IMG/VR virus record: IMGVR_UViG_3300005440_000008
Coordinates: 1-64,000 of that record
DNA: 64,000 nt
Strand: one strand, 5' to 3'
DNA from: a virus
Lineage: Duplodnaviria > Caudoviricetes
Part shown: positions 9,372-18,560 of the stretch, piece by piece
Layout: each line of letters begins with the position of its first letter
Numbering within the stretch: the first letter of the stretch is position 1
Notes under the pieces: generated by a model
Seen by the model: the letters and a program-made list of their open reading frames with translations, nothing else
What the model was told of the DNA's origin: nothing
Databases searched by the model: none
Made by a program: the position numbers and the translations under genes

Positions 9372-10000
9372 CGGCGACGCTCCATCGGCTTGGAGAGCGG
9401 GCGCTCATCCAGCCGCCGGCCATCCGGGCGGAAGAGCTCGATCGACCCGTCCGGGCGGCGGATCCCGTAGCCGATGCGATTCGACCAGCGGTCGTAGAGG
9501 TCGATGCGGTCGCCCTGGGGCGCCACGACCACCGAACTCGGGCGCACGTGCGCCGCGTGGCGATCGCGGCGGTCCCCCTCGCCGGCGCGCGCGGACCCGA
9601 GCCCCAGCAGGATCAGGAGACAGGCCCCGCCCACGACAAGGGCGGCCATGATCCGCTGCGCGGTGGGGCCGACGAGGCCGTTGCGGTCGACGGATCCGGC
9701 ATCGTGTCCGACCGCGCCTTGAGGGCCGTCGTCGGACACCGCGCGGGCGGTCCCGACGGACGCGGTGAGCGGCTCGGGGCCCCGGAGCAGCTGCTGTGCC
9801 GTGCCGAGCGCCTCGAGGGCAATGCCGGCTTCGTAGTAGAGGAGCTCGCCCGCGACGCGCTGGCCCAGGCGCGCGACGAGCATCCGGCGCTCCACCTGCC
9901 GGTCGTCGCTGGCCAGCGGGCCGGCCATCTCGATCGGGCGGCGCCCGAATCGGCGCAGGACGGCCGCCAGCCGGAAGAGTCCTCCGAGGGGTGTCAGCAT
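9368..10000 (-). CDS. Hypothetical protein with one transmembrane segment
   Basis: GAGGAG RBS upstream; hydrophobic stretch IMAALVVGGACLLILLGLG. Confidence 0.55.
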   Translation of the reverse strand: MLTPLGGLFRLAAVLRRFGRRPIEMAGPLASDDRQVERRMLVARLGQRVAGELLYYEAGIALEALGTAQQLLRGPEPLTASVGTARAVSDDGPQGAVGHDAGSVDRNGLVGPTAQRIMAALVVGGACLLILLGLGSARAGEGDRRDRHAAHVRPSSVVVAPQGDRIDLYDRWSNRIGYGIRRPDGSIELFRPDGRRLDERPLSKPMERRR

Positions 10001-10213
10001 GTCCGTCTCCTCATTTCCGGTTCCGCCGGCGGGATGCCCGCTGCGTCCGGGTGGTGGCGCGGCGCCGCTGGCGCCAGGCCCGGCCCTTCTCGACGGCGGT
10101 CCGGCCGACGCCGGGCGCGCCCGCCAGGTCGGCCAGCTCGGCGAGGGATGCCGTCGCCGTCTGGTTCGCGGCGTATCGGAGGCGCTTCGATCGGCCGCCC
10201 ATCAGTCCCTCCT

Positions 10214-10231
10214 GGCCCCGCCGCCGGGGCC
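10214..10231. terminator. GC hairpin upstream of the ardC promoter (possible terminator)
   Basis: GGCCCCG-ccgc-CGGGGCC perfect 7-bp stem; only a weak T tail. Confidence 0.35.
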
Positions 10232-10244
10232 GTGTATTTCGTGC

Positions 10245-10284
10245 TTGACAGATCGATCTTGAAAGACGATACTGAAATTCAAGA
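10245..10284 (+). promoter_or_regulatory. Sigma70-type promoter with overlapping inverted-repeat operator for the ardC-mom-RHH cassette
   Basis: TTGACA (10245) - 17 bp - GATACT (10268); TCTTGAA (10257) / TTCAAGA (10278) perfect inverted repeat flanks the -10 box. Confidence 0.7.
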
Positions 10285-10315
10285 AGGGTCGACCCAAGGC
10301 ACAAGGAGACGAGAC

Positions 10316-11284
10316 ATGGCAACGACGAGCACGGCGACGCAGGCCACGACGGTGTACCGGGTAATCACGGACCGCATCCTGGAGGCGCTCGAGCGCGGCG
10401 TGGCGCCCTGGCATCGGCCGTGGCAGGCGGGCCAGCTCCCGCATTCGCTCGTCAGCCGCAAGCCCTACCGCGGCATCAACGTGTTCCTGCTCTCGATGAC
10501 CGCTCAGGCCAAAGGCTACACGTCGCCCTACTGGCTGACCTTCCGCCAGGCGCTCGCACTCGGCGGCGCCGTCCGGAAGGGCGAGCGCGGCACTCCGGTG
10601 GTGTTCTGGAAGTTCTTCGACGGGCCGGCCGCCGCCCCCACGACGGATGGCGCCGCGCCGGCCGTGAAGCCCTCCCGCCGGCCGCCCCTGCTCCGCTACT
10701 ACACGGTGTTCAACGTGGAGCAGTGCCAGGGGATCGCCCGGCCGGTGGACGCGGCCGTCGCGGCCATCGCGCCGATCGAGGCGTGTGAGCGCCTGCTCGC
10801 GGCCATGCCGGCCCCGCCGGCGATCCGCGAGAGCCGGACCGATGCGCGCGCCTACTACGTGCCGGCGCAGGACGTCGTCAACATGCCGGCGCGGGCGCTC
10901 TTCACGAGCCCCGCCCGCTTCTACGCGACGCTCTTCCACGAGCTGACCCATGCGACCGGGCATCCGAGCCGGCTGCATCGCGCGACGCTCGTCGACGCGA
11001 GCCCCTTCGGGACGCCCAACTACTCGCGCGAGGAGCTCGTCGCCGAGATGGGCGCGGCGTTCCTCTGCGGCCTCGCGGGCATCGAGAACGAGACGGTTGA
11101 GCCGTCCGCGGCGTACCTGCAGAGCTGGCTCCGCGTGCTGGCCAACGACCCCCGCATGCTGGTGATCGCCGCGGCCCAGGCGCAGAAGGCGGCGGACTAC
11201 ATCCGCGGCGCGCGCGCCGGCGAGGACGACGAGCCGGCCGAGGCGCCGGCCGGCGAGCCCGTCACCTTCGCGGCGGCCGCGTAA
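10316..11284 (+). CDS. ardC: ArdC family antirestriction protein (ssDNA-binding domain plus zincin-like domain)
   Basis: ITDRILEALERGVAPWHRPW, YRGIN, WLTFRQA, VRKGERG, HELTHATGH, YSREELVAEMGA; AAGGAG RBS. Confidence 0.93.
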   Translation: MATTSTATQATTVYRVITDRILEALERGVAPWHRPWQAGQLPHSLVSRKPYRGINVFLLSMTAQAKGYTSPYWLTFRQALALGGAVRKGERGTPVVFWKFFDGPAAAPTTDGAAPAVKPSRRPPLLRYYTVFNVEQCQGIARPVDAAVAAIAPIEACERLLAAMPAPPAIRESRTDARAYYVPAQDVVNMPARALFTSPARFYATLFHELTHATGHPSRLHRATLVDASPFGTPNYSREELVAEMGAAFLCGLAGIENETVEPSAAYLQSWLRVLANDPRMLVIAAAQAQKAADYIRGARAGEDDEPAEAPAGEPVTFAAAA

Positions 11285-11296
11285 GGCGCCCGACCG

Positions 11297-12076
11297 ATGC
11301 GACTCGTCCAGCGCTGGCGCGACGGCCGTGACCGGTACCGGCTCGCCGGCGAGGTCATCGATCCGCGCCAGTACGAGGTGGCCGCGATCGCGGGCGACGG
11401 GCCCGCGCGCGCCTTCGTGTGTGCCCACCACTACAGCGGCACGTACCCCGCCGCGCGCTTCCGCTTCGGGCTCTACCGCGGCGCCGCGCTTGTCGGCGTC
11501 GCCGTCTACTCGCACCCCTGCAATGACCGGGTGCTGACGTCGGTCTTCCCCGGCTCGCCCCTCGAGGCCGTTGAGCTCGGCCGGTTCGTGCTGCTCGACG
11601 ACGTCCCCGGCAACGGGGAGACGTGGTTCCTCGCGCGGACCTTCGAGCAGCTCCGCGCGGAACGGCTGCGCGGCGTCGTGAGCTTTTCCGACCCGATCCC
11701 ACGACGCACCGCGGACGGCCGGCTGGTGTTTCCCGGCCACCTCGGCGTCATCTACCAGGCGCACAACGGCGTCTATCTCGGGCGGAGCACCCCGCGGACG
11801 CTGCGGATCCTCCCGGACGGCACCGTGTGGAGCGCGCGCGCCATCCAGAAGATCCGCGCACGCGAGAAGGGCTGGGAGTACGCCGTGGCCACCTTGCGAC
11901 GCGCCGGCGCCCCGCCGCCCGAGGAGCTCACCGCCTGGCTCCGCGAGTGGCTGCCGCGCCTCACGCGTCCGCTCCGGCACGCGGGCAACCACCGCTACGC
12001 CTGGGCGCTCGAGCGCCGCGGCCGGCGCCGCTTGACGGCGTCGGCGCCCTACCCCAAACTCCTGGCCGCATCGTGA
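11297..12076 (+). CDS. Mom-family (GNAT-like) DNA adenine modification protein
   Basis: HHYSG, LVGVAVY, VELGRFVL, NGETWFL, VVSFSDP, GHLGVIYQAHNGVYLG: pattern of phage Mu Mom homologues. Confidence 0.8.
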   Translation: MRLVQRWRDGRDRYRLAGEVIDPRQYEVAAIAGDGPARAFVCAHHYSGTYPAARFRFGLYRGAALVGVAVYSHPCNDRVLTSVFPGSPLEAVELGRFVLLDDVPGNGETWFLARTFEQLRAERLRGVVSFSDPIPRRTADGRLVFPGHLGVIYQAHNGVYLGRSTPRTLRILPDGTVWSARAIQKIRAREKGWEYAVATLRRAGAPPPEELTAWLREWLPRLTRPLRHAGNHRYAWALERRGRRRLTASAPYPKLLAAS

Positions 12077-12088
12077 GGGAGGCTCCGC

Positions 12089-12307
12089 ATGGCGAAGAAG
12101 CAGCGCCCACCGAAGAAGCGGCAGCATGGCGGGGCCCGGGAAGGGGCCGGCCGCCCAACCCTGGACCCCAAGGCCGAACACCGGCTGATCCTGTTCACGC
12201 CGGAGCAGCTCGAGAAGGTCGAGCGCTGGAGAACCCGCCATGACGTCCCGACCTTCCGGGAGGCGGTCCGGCAGATGATCGAAGCGGCCGCGGAGGCGGA
12301 TCGGTAG
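12089..12307 (+). CDS. Small ribbon-helix-helix-like regulator
   Basis: HGGAREGAGRP basic arm, then a beta strand and two helices (TFREAVRQMIE). Confidence 0.7.
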   Translation: MAKKQRPPKKRQHGGAREGAGRPTLDPKAEHRLILFTPEQLEKVERWRTRHDVPTFREAVRQMIEAAAEADR

Positions 12308-12318
12308 CGCGCGACGCC

Positions 12319-12723
12319 TCAAAATGGGACCTCCTCGTCGCCGCCGGTGCCGGCCGTGTCGGAAGCCGCCCCGGGTCGCGTGGCCTCGCCCTTCTTGGCC
12401 CCGAGGAACTGGACCGACTCGGCCACTACCTCGATCGACGTGCGCTTCTGCCCGGCCTTGTCCTCCCAGTCGCGGCTCTGCAGGCGCCCTTCGACGAGGA
12501 CCGGCGAGCCCTTCCGGAGGTACTCCGCGGCGGCTTCGCCCGTCTTGCCCCACGCGGTGACGCCGATGAAGAGCGCCTCCTCGCGCTTCTCACCGCCGGC
12601 TGTCGTCCAGCGCCGGTTCACCGCGAGGCGGAGGTTCGCGACGGCGGTCCCGCTCGCGGTGTACTTGAGCTCCGGATCCGCGCAGCAGTTGCCCAGGAGC
12701 AGCACCTTGTTGAAGCTCGGCAT
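12319..12723 (-). CDS. ssb: Single-stranded DNA-binding protein
   Basis: FNKVLLLGN..DPELKYT, YLRKGSPVLVEGRLQSR, acidic DEEVPF tail. Confidence 0.97.
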   Translation of the reverse strand: MPSFNKVLLLGNCCADPELKYTASGTAVANLRLAVNRRWTTAGGEKREEALFIGVTAWGKTGEAAAEYLRKGSPVLVEGRLQSRDWEDKAGQKRTSIEVVAESVQFLGAKKGEATRPGAASDTAGTGGDEEVPF

Positions 12724-14633
12724 CACGCCGCCTCCGCCTGGAGCCACGCGGGCGGGGTCGCGCGCTTGAACCGCACGGTCGTCCAGTACCGCCGGGCGCG
12801 GGCCTTCACCGAGCGTCGGTGGTAGCGCCGGTGGCGGTAGGACGGATGGAACCGCCAGCGGACCTGCCCCGCGTCCGCCCACTTCTGGACCGTCGTTGAC
12901 GAGACGCCGGCGAGCACCGCCGCGTCGCTGACGAGCAGCCACTCCGCGGAGAAGCGGACGCGGCGGACGGGGCGCCGCGCCACCCGCTGGAGCCGCTTGA
13001 ACATCGGCGCCGAGACGTAGAGCCGGTTCCGGTTCCATCGGGTGCGCAGGACGCGGAAGGTCCCGGCGACGATCTCGTTCCGGACCCAGGCGAGCGACTT
13101 GCCGAGATCGCGGGCCGCCTCCGCGAGCGTCCGTCCGTTGGCGGAGGCCTGCCGGCGCTGGGCGGCATGGACGACCTCGGCGGGAATCCGGGGCGCGGGG
13201 CGCCACTCGAGGCCGCGCAGCAACACGCGCAGGCGCACCACGGACACGCCGACCAGGCGAGCGGCCTGGGCCTCGCCGTAGCCGAGCTCGTCGCGCAGCT
13301 CGCGCACCTGCTGGCGGGCCACGTAGAGATGGCCCCGCTGCGGGCCCGCCACCCCACGGCGCGACCGGACCCGCCCGGCGCGGATCCAGCGCCGGAGCTC
13401 GGCCGCGGTGAAGTGGTACTGGCGGCACGCCGTCGGGATGGCCAGCCACGACTTCGGACTCGCGCCGGTCGGGCAGTGGCGGGCCTTCCACCGGGTGGCG
13501 TCGAGGCGCGAGATCCGGTAGCCGCGCTCGCCCGGGATCCGGCGCGCCCGCAGGACGCCCGCGCGGATGGCGCGGAGCGGCGTGGTCAGCGGTACCCGCG
13601 CCTCGCGGGCCAGGGCCGCGACCGTCAGGCCCGGGTGCCACCGCTGGGTCAGATGGCGCTTGGCGCCATGGGCGAGCGGCGGATACCGACGGGCGTAGTC
13701 GTCCCACGTGGCCGGCGCGCCGGCCGGACCCCAGATCGCGCGGCAGGTGTTACAGGCCGCGGGGTGCTGTCGGCGTCGCCAGAGGGTCCACGTCACCTTG
13801 AGGTTGCCCGGCTCGGGCTTGCCCCACCACGGCATCGGGCGGCCCGCGCGCCGATCCGCCAGGATCCGGCGCGCCGTCTTCGGCGCGATGTACCACGTGC
13901 CGAACTGCGTCGAGCGCTCCCGCGTGCCGTAGGGATTGCAGCGCACCGCCGTCGGGATATAGCCCGCGCGCGCCCACTCGGAGAGCTTGTCGCTCCGGAT
14001 CCCGAGCGCCTTCCGGAGCTTCGCGAGCCGGATGAACCCGGCCGGTGGGAACACACGCCGGGCCTTCCAGGCCGCGAACGCCGCATAGGGGATGACGTGG
14101 TAGCGGCCGACCCGCCGCACGGCGAGCGTGCCGTTGCGGATCTCGTGGTCCAGGATCGACCGGGTCCCGATCTCGCGCGCGGCGGCCGCGACCGTGATGC
14201 CGCCGACGACGTCGCGCGTCTCGATGCCCGCCAGCTGCCGCGCGCGGTTCAGGGCATTGGCGGTGCGCTGGGCGCGGTGATCCCCGGTCACCTTGCGCAA
14301 CCGGACCGTGAGCAGGCGCAGCAGCGCGGCCGTCCCAATGACGCCCGTCAGGCGGGCGACCAGGGCGAGCTCGGGCGGATCCCATGTGTAGCCGCGGCCG
14401 CCGGAGCCGGCGCGGCGTGGTGGGGGCCATTCCGTGTCGCGCGGCGGCCGGCCGTGCCAGAGCGTGAAGAGCGCGCCGAAGTCGCGTCGGGGTCCGCGTC
14501 GGCACGCGGCCGTCGCCCGCAGCCGGTCGATCGCCGCCGGCGGCTGGTCGAGGATCACGGCCAGGTCGGCCGCGCGGGCCCCGCGGCCATAGGTGATCAC
14601 GAAGTCCGACCAGGACATCGGCGGGGCACTCAT
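12723..14633 (-). CDS. Very basic protein with about 7 tandem excisionase/MerR-like HTH repeats
   Basis: Recurrent (L/I)TVxxAARx(L/I)G...RxG units, e.g. LLVSDAAVLAGVSSTTVQKWADAG. Confidence 0.75.
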   Translation of the reverse strand: MSAPPMSWSDFVITYGRGARAADLAVILDQPPAAIDRLRATAACRRGPRRDFGALFTLWHGRPPRDTEWPPPRRAGSGGRGYTWDPPELALVARLTGVIGTAALLRLLTVRLRKVTGDHRAQRTANALNRARQLAGIETRDVVGGITVAAAAREIGTRSILDHEIRNGTLAVRRVGRYHVIPYAAFAAWKARRVFPPAGFIRLAKLRKALGIRSDKLSEWARAGYIPTAVRCNPYGTRERSTQFGTWYIAPKTARRILADRRAGRPMPWWGKPEPGNLKVTWTLWRRRQHPAACNTCRAIWGPAGAPATWDDYARRYPPLAHGAKRHLTQRWHPGLTVAALAREARVPLTTPLRAIRAGVLRARRIPGERGYRISRLDATRWKARHCPTGASPKSWLAIPTACRQYHFTAAELRRWIRAGRVRSRRGVAGPQRGHLYVARQQVRELRDELGYGEAQAARLVGVSVVRLRVLLRGLEWRPAPRIPAEVVHAAQRRQASANGRTLAEAARDLGKSLAWVRNEIVAGTFRVLRTRWNRNRLYVSAPMFKRLQRVARRPVRRVRFSAEWLLVSDAAVLAGVSSTTVQKWADAGQVRWRFHPSYRHRRYHRRSVKARARRYWTTVRFKRATPPAWLQAEAA

Positions 14634-15586
14634 GGGCGCGCCGCCAGCTCGTCCGTGAGGGCCCGCTGGCCGCTCGCGAGCTGTTGCGCCGAGAGCCCCG
14701 CGACGGAGCCCAGCAAGCCGACGACCGCTGGCGTCAACGCGCGGAGGCGATCGGTGGGGATCCCCCGCAGCGCGCGGTCCCACTCGATGAACGTCTTCGG
14801 ACGGTGCGGACGGACGGCGGCCGCCTTGGGCGCCACCGCGGCGAGCGCCTCGGCCATCGGCATGACGACCTTCTCGACGCCGCGCCGGGAGAAGCAGAAG
14901 AACTCGCCGGTGCTGAGCCCGGCGAGCTCCGCGTATCCGATCTCCGAGCCCTTGAAGAGGGGCGCCAGCGCGAACCAGCCGCTCGGATCCTCCTGGCGCC
15001 CGACGAAGGTGAGGTTCTTGTTCGAGAACGCGCTCCGGCTGAGCGTGCCGGCGAAGCGCTGCGCGGAGAGGAAAACATCCAGTGCGCGCTTGCGGCCGCG
15101 GCCGCACATGTCGTTCACCAGGTCGGAGGCCGCGCCGAGGACGTCGGCCTTCCCCTTGCGACGCGACGTCGAGAAGAGCTGGCCCTCATCCAGCAGGAGA
15201 AAGATCGGCCGACGCTGCGTATCCGCCACCTGCATGACGACCTGGCCGTAGGGCAGGAACTCGGCCGCATCGCGGACGGGCACGACGACGAGCGGGGGAT
15301 CGGCGCGGGCCACGAGGTGGCGCTCGAGCGCCTCCGGCGAGGTGAGCACGGTCGCGTAGAGCGCGGCGATCTCGCCCTCGGGATCCATGAGCACGGCCTG
15401 CCAGCCTTGGGCGGCGAGCTGCTCGGCGATCAGGAGCCCGGCGCTGGTCTTGCCGATCCCGCTCGGGCCGATGGCCAGGACTCGGAGACCGGTCGTTTGA
15501 TAATCGGCCAGATCTATTTGGGCCGAGCCAAGATCCAGGGATGCGCTCGCCAACTCTGTCCGGTGAAATACAGGGCGCGGAGTCAT
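14630..15586 (-). CDS. HerA/FtsK-superfamily (DUF87-like) P-loop ATPase
   Basis: GPSGIGKT Walker A, DPEGE, LLLDEGQ Walker B, GRKR, SAQR. Confidence 0.85.
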   Translation of the reverse strand: MTPRPVFHRTELASASLDLGSAQIDLADYQTTGLRVLAIGPSGIGKTSAGLLIAEQLAAQGWQAVLMDPEGEIAALYATVLTSPEALERHLVARADPPLVVVPVRDAAEFLPYGQVVMQVADTQRRPIFLLLDEGQLFSTSRRKGKADVLGAASDLVNDMCGRGRKRALDVFLSAQRFAGTLSRSAFSNKNLTFVGRQEDPSGWFALAPLFKGSEIGYAELAGLSTGEFFCFSRRGVEKVVMPMAEALAAVAPKAAAVRPHRPKTFIEWDRALRGIPTDRLRALTPAVVGLLGSVAGLSAQQLASGQRALTDELAARP

Positions 15587-16113
15587 GGGCGCGGCTCCCG
15601 GGCGTGCAGCACGACGTCGCGGAGATGCGTGGCCTGACCGGGCGACAGGCTGAACACCACCGCGAAGTCCTCGAGCACCGTCGGGGTGATCCGCCCGAGG
15701 AGCCCGATCGCGCGCGCCTGCGCGAGGAGCTGGCGGAGCGCGGTCCAGTCATCCTGACGGATGACGCCCAGGGCGGAGACCTCGCGGTGGAGCTGCTCGG
15801 CGGTGTACGGAGCCGCGGTCTCGCCGAGATCGGCGACGAGGCGATCGTTCAGGATCCGGAGCAGCTCGGCGGCCGGCAAATGTCCGTGGAGCGCGCGGAT
15901 CAGCCCGCGGTCGGGTGCGGTGAAGGCGCGCGCGGGGGCCCGCCCCATGCTCGGCGCCGGCGTCCCGTTCGCCGGCAGGAGCCGCACGGCCTCGGGGCGA
16001 TCCTTGAGGCAGTCGCCGCAGAGGCCGTGCGTCAGATCATCGGCCGTGGCGCTCTTCAGGCGCGCCTTGCAGAGCCGGCAGCGGACCCAGGCGGCGACGG
16101 ACGTCAGCGGCAT
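15583..16113 (-). CDS. Hypothetical protein with N-terminal Zn finger
   Basis: CRLC...CGDC; coupled to the ATPase gene. Confidence 0.7.
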   Translation of the reverse strand: MPLTSVAAWVRCRLCKARLKSATADDLTHGLCGDCLKDRPEAVRLLPANGTPAPSMGRAPARAFTAPDRGLIRALHGHLPAAELLRILNDRLVADLGETAAPYTAEQLHREVSALGVIRQDDWTALRQLLAQARAIGLLGRITPTVLEDFAVVFSLSPGQATHLRDVVLHAREPRP

Positions 16114-17624
16114 GGCAGGAGGTCCCCGATTGGGACGGCGAGGGTGGCCGAGAAAGTGTTCGATGTGGTAGACGACATCGGACGGTTTCCCGTTCCGGGC
16201 GGCACGATGATCTGGAGCTCGACGACGTCCTCGCGGACGATTGCCTCGCGCACGAGGGCACGGACCACTTGGCGCCGCTCGTCCGGGGTCAGTCGCGCCA
16301 AACCGCGGCGGGCTTGTCGACACCACTGGTCGAGCCTGTTGGCATCCGGCACGCGCGCGCGCGGCTCGAGGAGGGTGCGCTCCTGAATGAGCGCGTCCTT
16401 CTGCTGTCGCATGGCCCTGAGCCGCTCGCTGAGGACGTCCTTCGCAAGCAGTCCATCGGCGTAGAGGTCGAGCAGACGCGCCTCGCGGCGCGCGGCGTCG
16501 GCCAGCGCCTCCTCGAGACGGACGAGGTCCTTCGTGACGTCATGCTGGCTCGCCACGTAGCGCGCCGTGGCGGCGATCAACACGCCGGGCCGACGGATGA
16601 CGCCTTCGACGGCTTTCCAGACCGCCGCGTCGAGCGCCTCAACCGGCAACCGGGGTCCGTCGCAGCTGCGCACCGCCAACGTGTCGGCGCCGCGGCACCG
16701 ATAGTTCGTCGTGCCCCACGGCCCATAGAGCCGGCGGCAGCGGCCGCACCGCAGGAGTCCACGGAGGAGATAGAAGCGCGTGGGGGGGCGCCCGGGGAAC
16801 CGGAGCCGATTCGCGACGAGCTGCGCCTGGGCGAGCCGCCACGTTTCTTCGGAGACGATCGCGGGCGACGGCACGGGGATCCACAGCTCTGCCGGCCGGA
16901 AGGTATACGCCTTCGATGGCGAGGGCCGCGTCCGGCGGCCGTAGAAGCCCGTCCCGTTGTACACCGGGTTGGTCAGGATGGCCCGGACGCCGCCGGGCGA
17001 CCAGTGCCCCCCGCGCTTGGGCCTGAGCGCCAGCCGCCGGAGCGCAATCGCGACGCTGCGAAGGGTGCGCTGCTCGCCGGCGACCCAGGCGAAGATCTGG
17101 CGGATGATCCGCGCCTCCTCCTCGAGGATCAGGAGCTGCCCGGAGTGCATCGGGTCCCGGACGTAGCCGAATGGTGTCTGGCCGCCGACCCAGAGTCCTC
17201 GACGCGCCCGCTCGAGCCGGCCGCCCGCCGTTCGTTGGCGAATCTTCTCCCGCTCGTACTCGGCGATGACCCCCTTCACGTTGACAAACAGTCGGCCTTC
17301 CGCGGTGGCGGCGGGTGCCATCGTGCAGTACTCGACCGGCACCCCGGCCTTATCGAATTCCTCGAGGAGGAGGAGCAGGTGCCCCAGGCTCCGGGACAGC
17401 CGATCCGGATCGTGGACGAGCACGCGCTCGATCGACTTCGCCCGCACCGCCTCGCGGAGGCGCGTGAGGGCCGGCCGCTCGAGGGTGGTCCCGCTCACAT
17501 CGTCCACGAACTCGACCGCTGGCGTCCCGTCGGGCACTTTCGCGCGGAGCTCTCGCAACTGAACGGCCAGACCGTACTTCTCGCTCTGCTCCTCGGTGGA
17601 CACGCGGGCGTAGAGCGCGATCAT
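16104..17624 (-). CDS. Large serine recombinase (integrase)
   Basis: YARVSTEEQ catalytic Ser, DPDRLSR, recombinase domain, LLRCGRC Zn ribbon, coiled coil. Confidence 0.96.
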   Translation of the reverse strand: MIALYARVSTEEQSEKYGLAVQLRELRAKVPDGTPAVEFVDDVSGTTLERPALTRLREAVRAKSIERVLVHDPDRLSRSLGHLLLLLEEFDKAGVPVEYCTMAPAATAEGRLFVNVKGVIAEYEREKIRQRTAGGRLERARRGLWVGGQTPFGYVRDPMHSGQLLILEEEARIIRQIFAWVAGEQRTLRSVAIALRRLALRPKRGGHWSPGGVRAILTNPVYNGTGFYGRRTRPSPSKAYTFRPAELWIPVPSPAIVSEETWRLAQAQLVANRLRFPGRPPTRFYLLRGLLRCGRCRRLYGPWGTTNYRCRGADTLAVRSCDGPRLPVEALDAAVWKAVEGVIRRPGVLIAATARYVASQHDVTKDLVRLEEALADAARREARLLDLYADGLLAKDVLSERLRAMRQQKDALIQERTLLEPRARVPDANRLDQWCRQARRGLARLTPDERRQVVRALVREAIVREDVVELQIIVPPGTGNRPMSSTTSNTFSATLAVPIGDLLPCR

Positions 17625-17770
17625 GCGGCCTCCGGAGTACGGTCGCCGGGATCGCGGTCGGCCGAGCGCCCGCCCGCCGTGAGGAGCAGCGCGATCACCT
17701 GCGACCAGTGCACACTGTCGGACGTATCCGGGACCTCGATCACGCGGACCCGGAGCTCGGTCGCGCCCAT
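17621..17770 (-). CDS. 49-aa protein coupled to the recombinase
   Basis: MGATELRVRVIEV..., ATGA overlap with the recombinase start. Confidence 0.45.
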   Translation of the reverse strand: MGATELRVRVIEVPDTSDSVHWSQVIALLLTAGGRSADRDPGDRTPEAA

Positions 17771-17835
17771 TGAAGGCTCTTGCGTCGAACGAGTCAAGGG
17801 GCGAGGGGCCCGGCGCGCCCGGGCCGGCTCCGGTG

Positions 17836-18177
17836 TCACGGCTTCCAGCCGCGCATCGTGGCGGCCGCCTTCGCGAAGTCGACGATGGCCATCCCCTGGT
17901 CGGTGGACTGCCACCCGGGGAACTTCTGCTCGTAGGCCTGGTCGAGCACGTACGCCTCGGTCTCGAGCTGGGCGGTGAGCTCCTCCGCGGTGAGGACGCC
18001 CTTCGAGATGAGCAGCCGCGAGAGCGCGTTGACCTCCGCCCGCAGGAGCATCGTCACCTCCCGGTGATCGCGGACTGCATCCGACTCGGGATCGCCGAGG
18101 AGGCGTGTCCCGAGCTGCCAGCCCGCGAAGACCGTGCGCCACTTGCACAGCTTCTCGAGATAGCGGCCGGCCGGCAT
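17836..18177 (-). CDS. Hypothetical protein
   Basis: MPAGRYLEKLCKWR..., natural composition. Confidence 0.65.
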   Translation of the reverse strand: MPAGRYLEKLCKWRTVFAGWQLGTRLLGDPESDAVRDHREVTMLLRAEVNALSRLLISKGVLTAEELTAQLETEAYVLDQAYEQKFPGWQSTDQGMAIVDFAKAAATMRGWKP

Positions 18178-18560
18178 CACCAGCTCCCCGGCAGCACGAT
18201 GCGCGGCCCCGCGTCGGCCGCCTGCTGCCGCGCCGCCGCGAGCTGCGGCTCGCTCAGGAAGCCGCTCTCGAGGAGGATCCCGTCGCACTGCTCGAGGAAC
18301 GCCTCGACGAGCGGCCGCGTGGGGCCCGTGTCCGGGGTCCGGAGCGCCACCCGGAGGTGATAGGCCACGCCGAACACGACGGCCAGCGGCAGCTCGAGGC
18401 CGATCACGTCCCCGAGAGCCTCCCCCGCCTGGTCCGCGCATCGAGAGCACACATTCGGCGCCACCCAGGTGCAGCCGCCCGGGCAGCTCTGGGCGTCCGT
18501 GCAGCCGCAGCCCGTGCACTGTTGGGGCTCCGCGTGGGGCATCCGGGCGACGTCCATCAC
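18177..18560 (-). CDS. Hypothetical protein with Cys-rich N-terminus
   Basis: CTGCGCTDAQSCPGGCTWV..CSRC motif, common in phage early genes. Confidence 0.7.
   Translation of the reverse strand: MMDVARMPHAEPQQCTGCGCTDAQSCPGGCTWVAPNVCSRCADQAGEALGDVIGLELPLAVVFGVAYHLRVALRTPDTGPTRPLVEAFLEQCDGILLESGFLSEPQLAAARQQAADAGPRIVLPGSW

Noticed and set aside
9548-10315. N-terminal extension of ArdC shown in the ORF track
   Set aside because: Promoter and RBS place the start at 10316; the extension is antisense to another gene.
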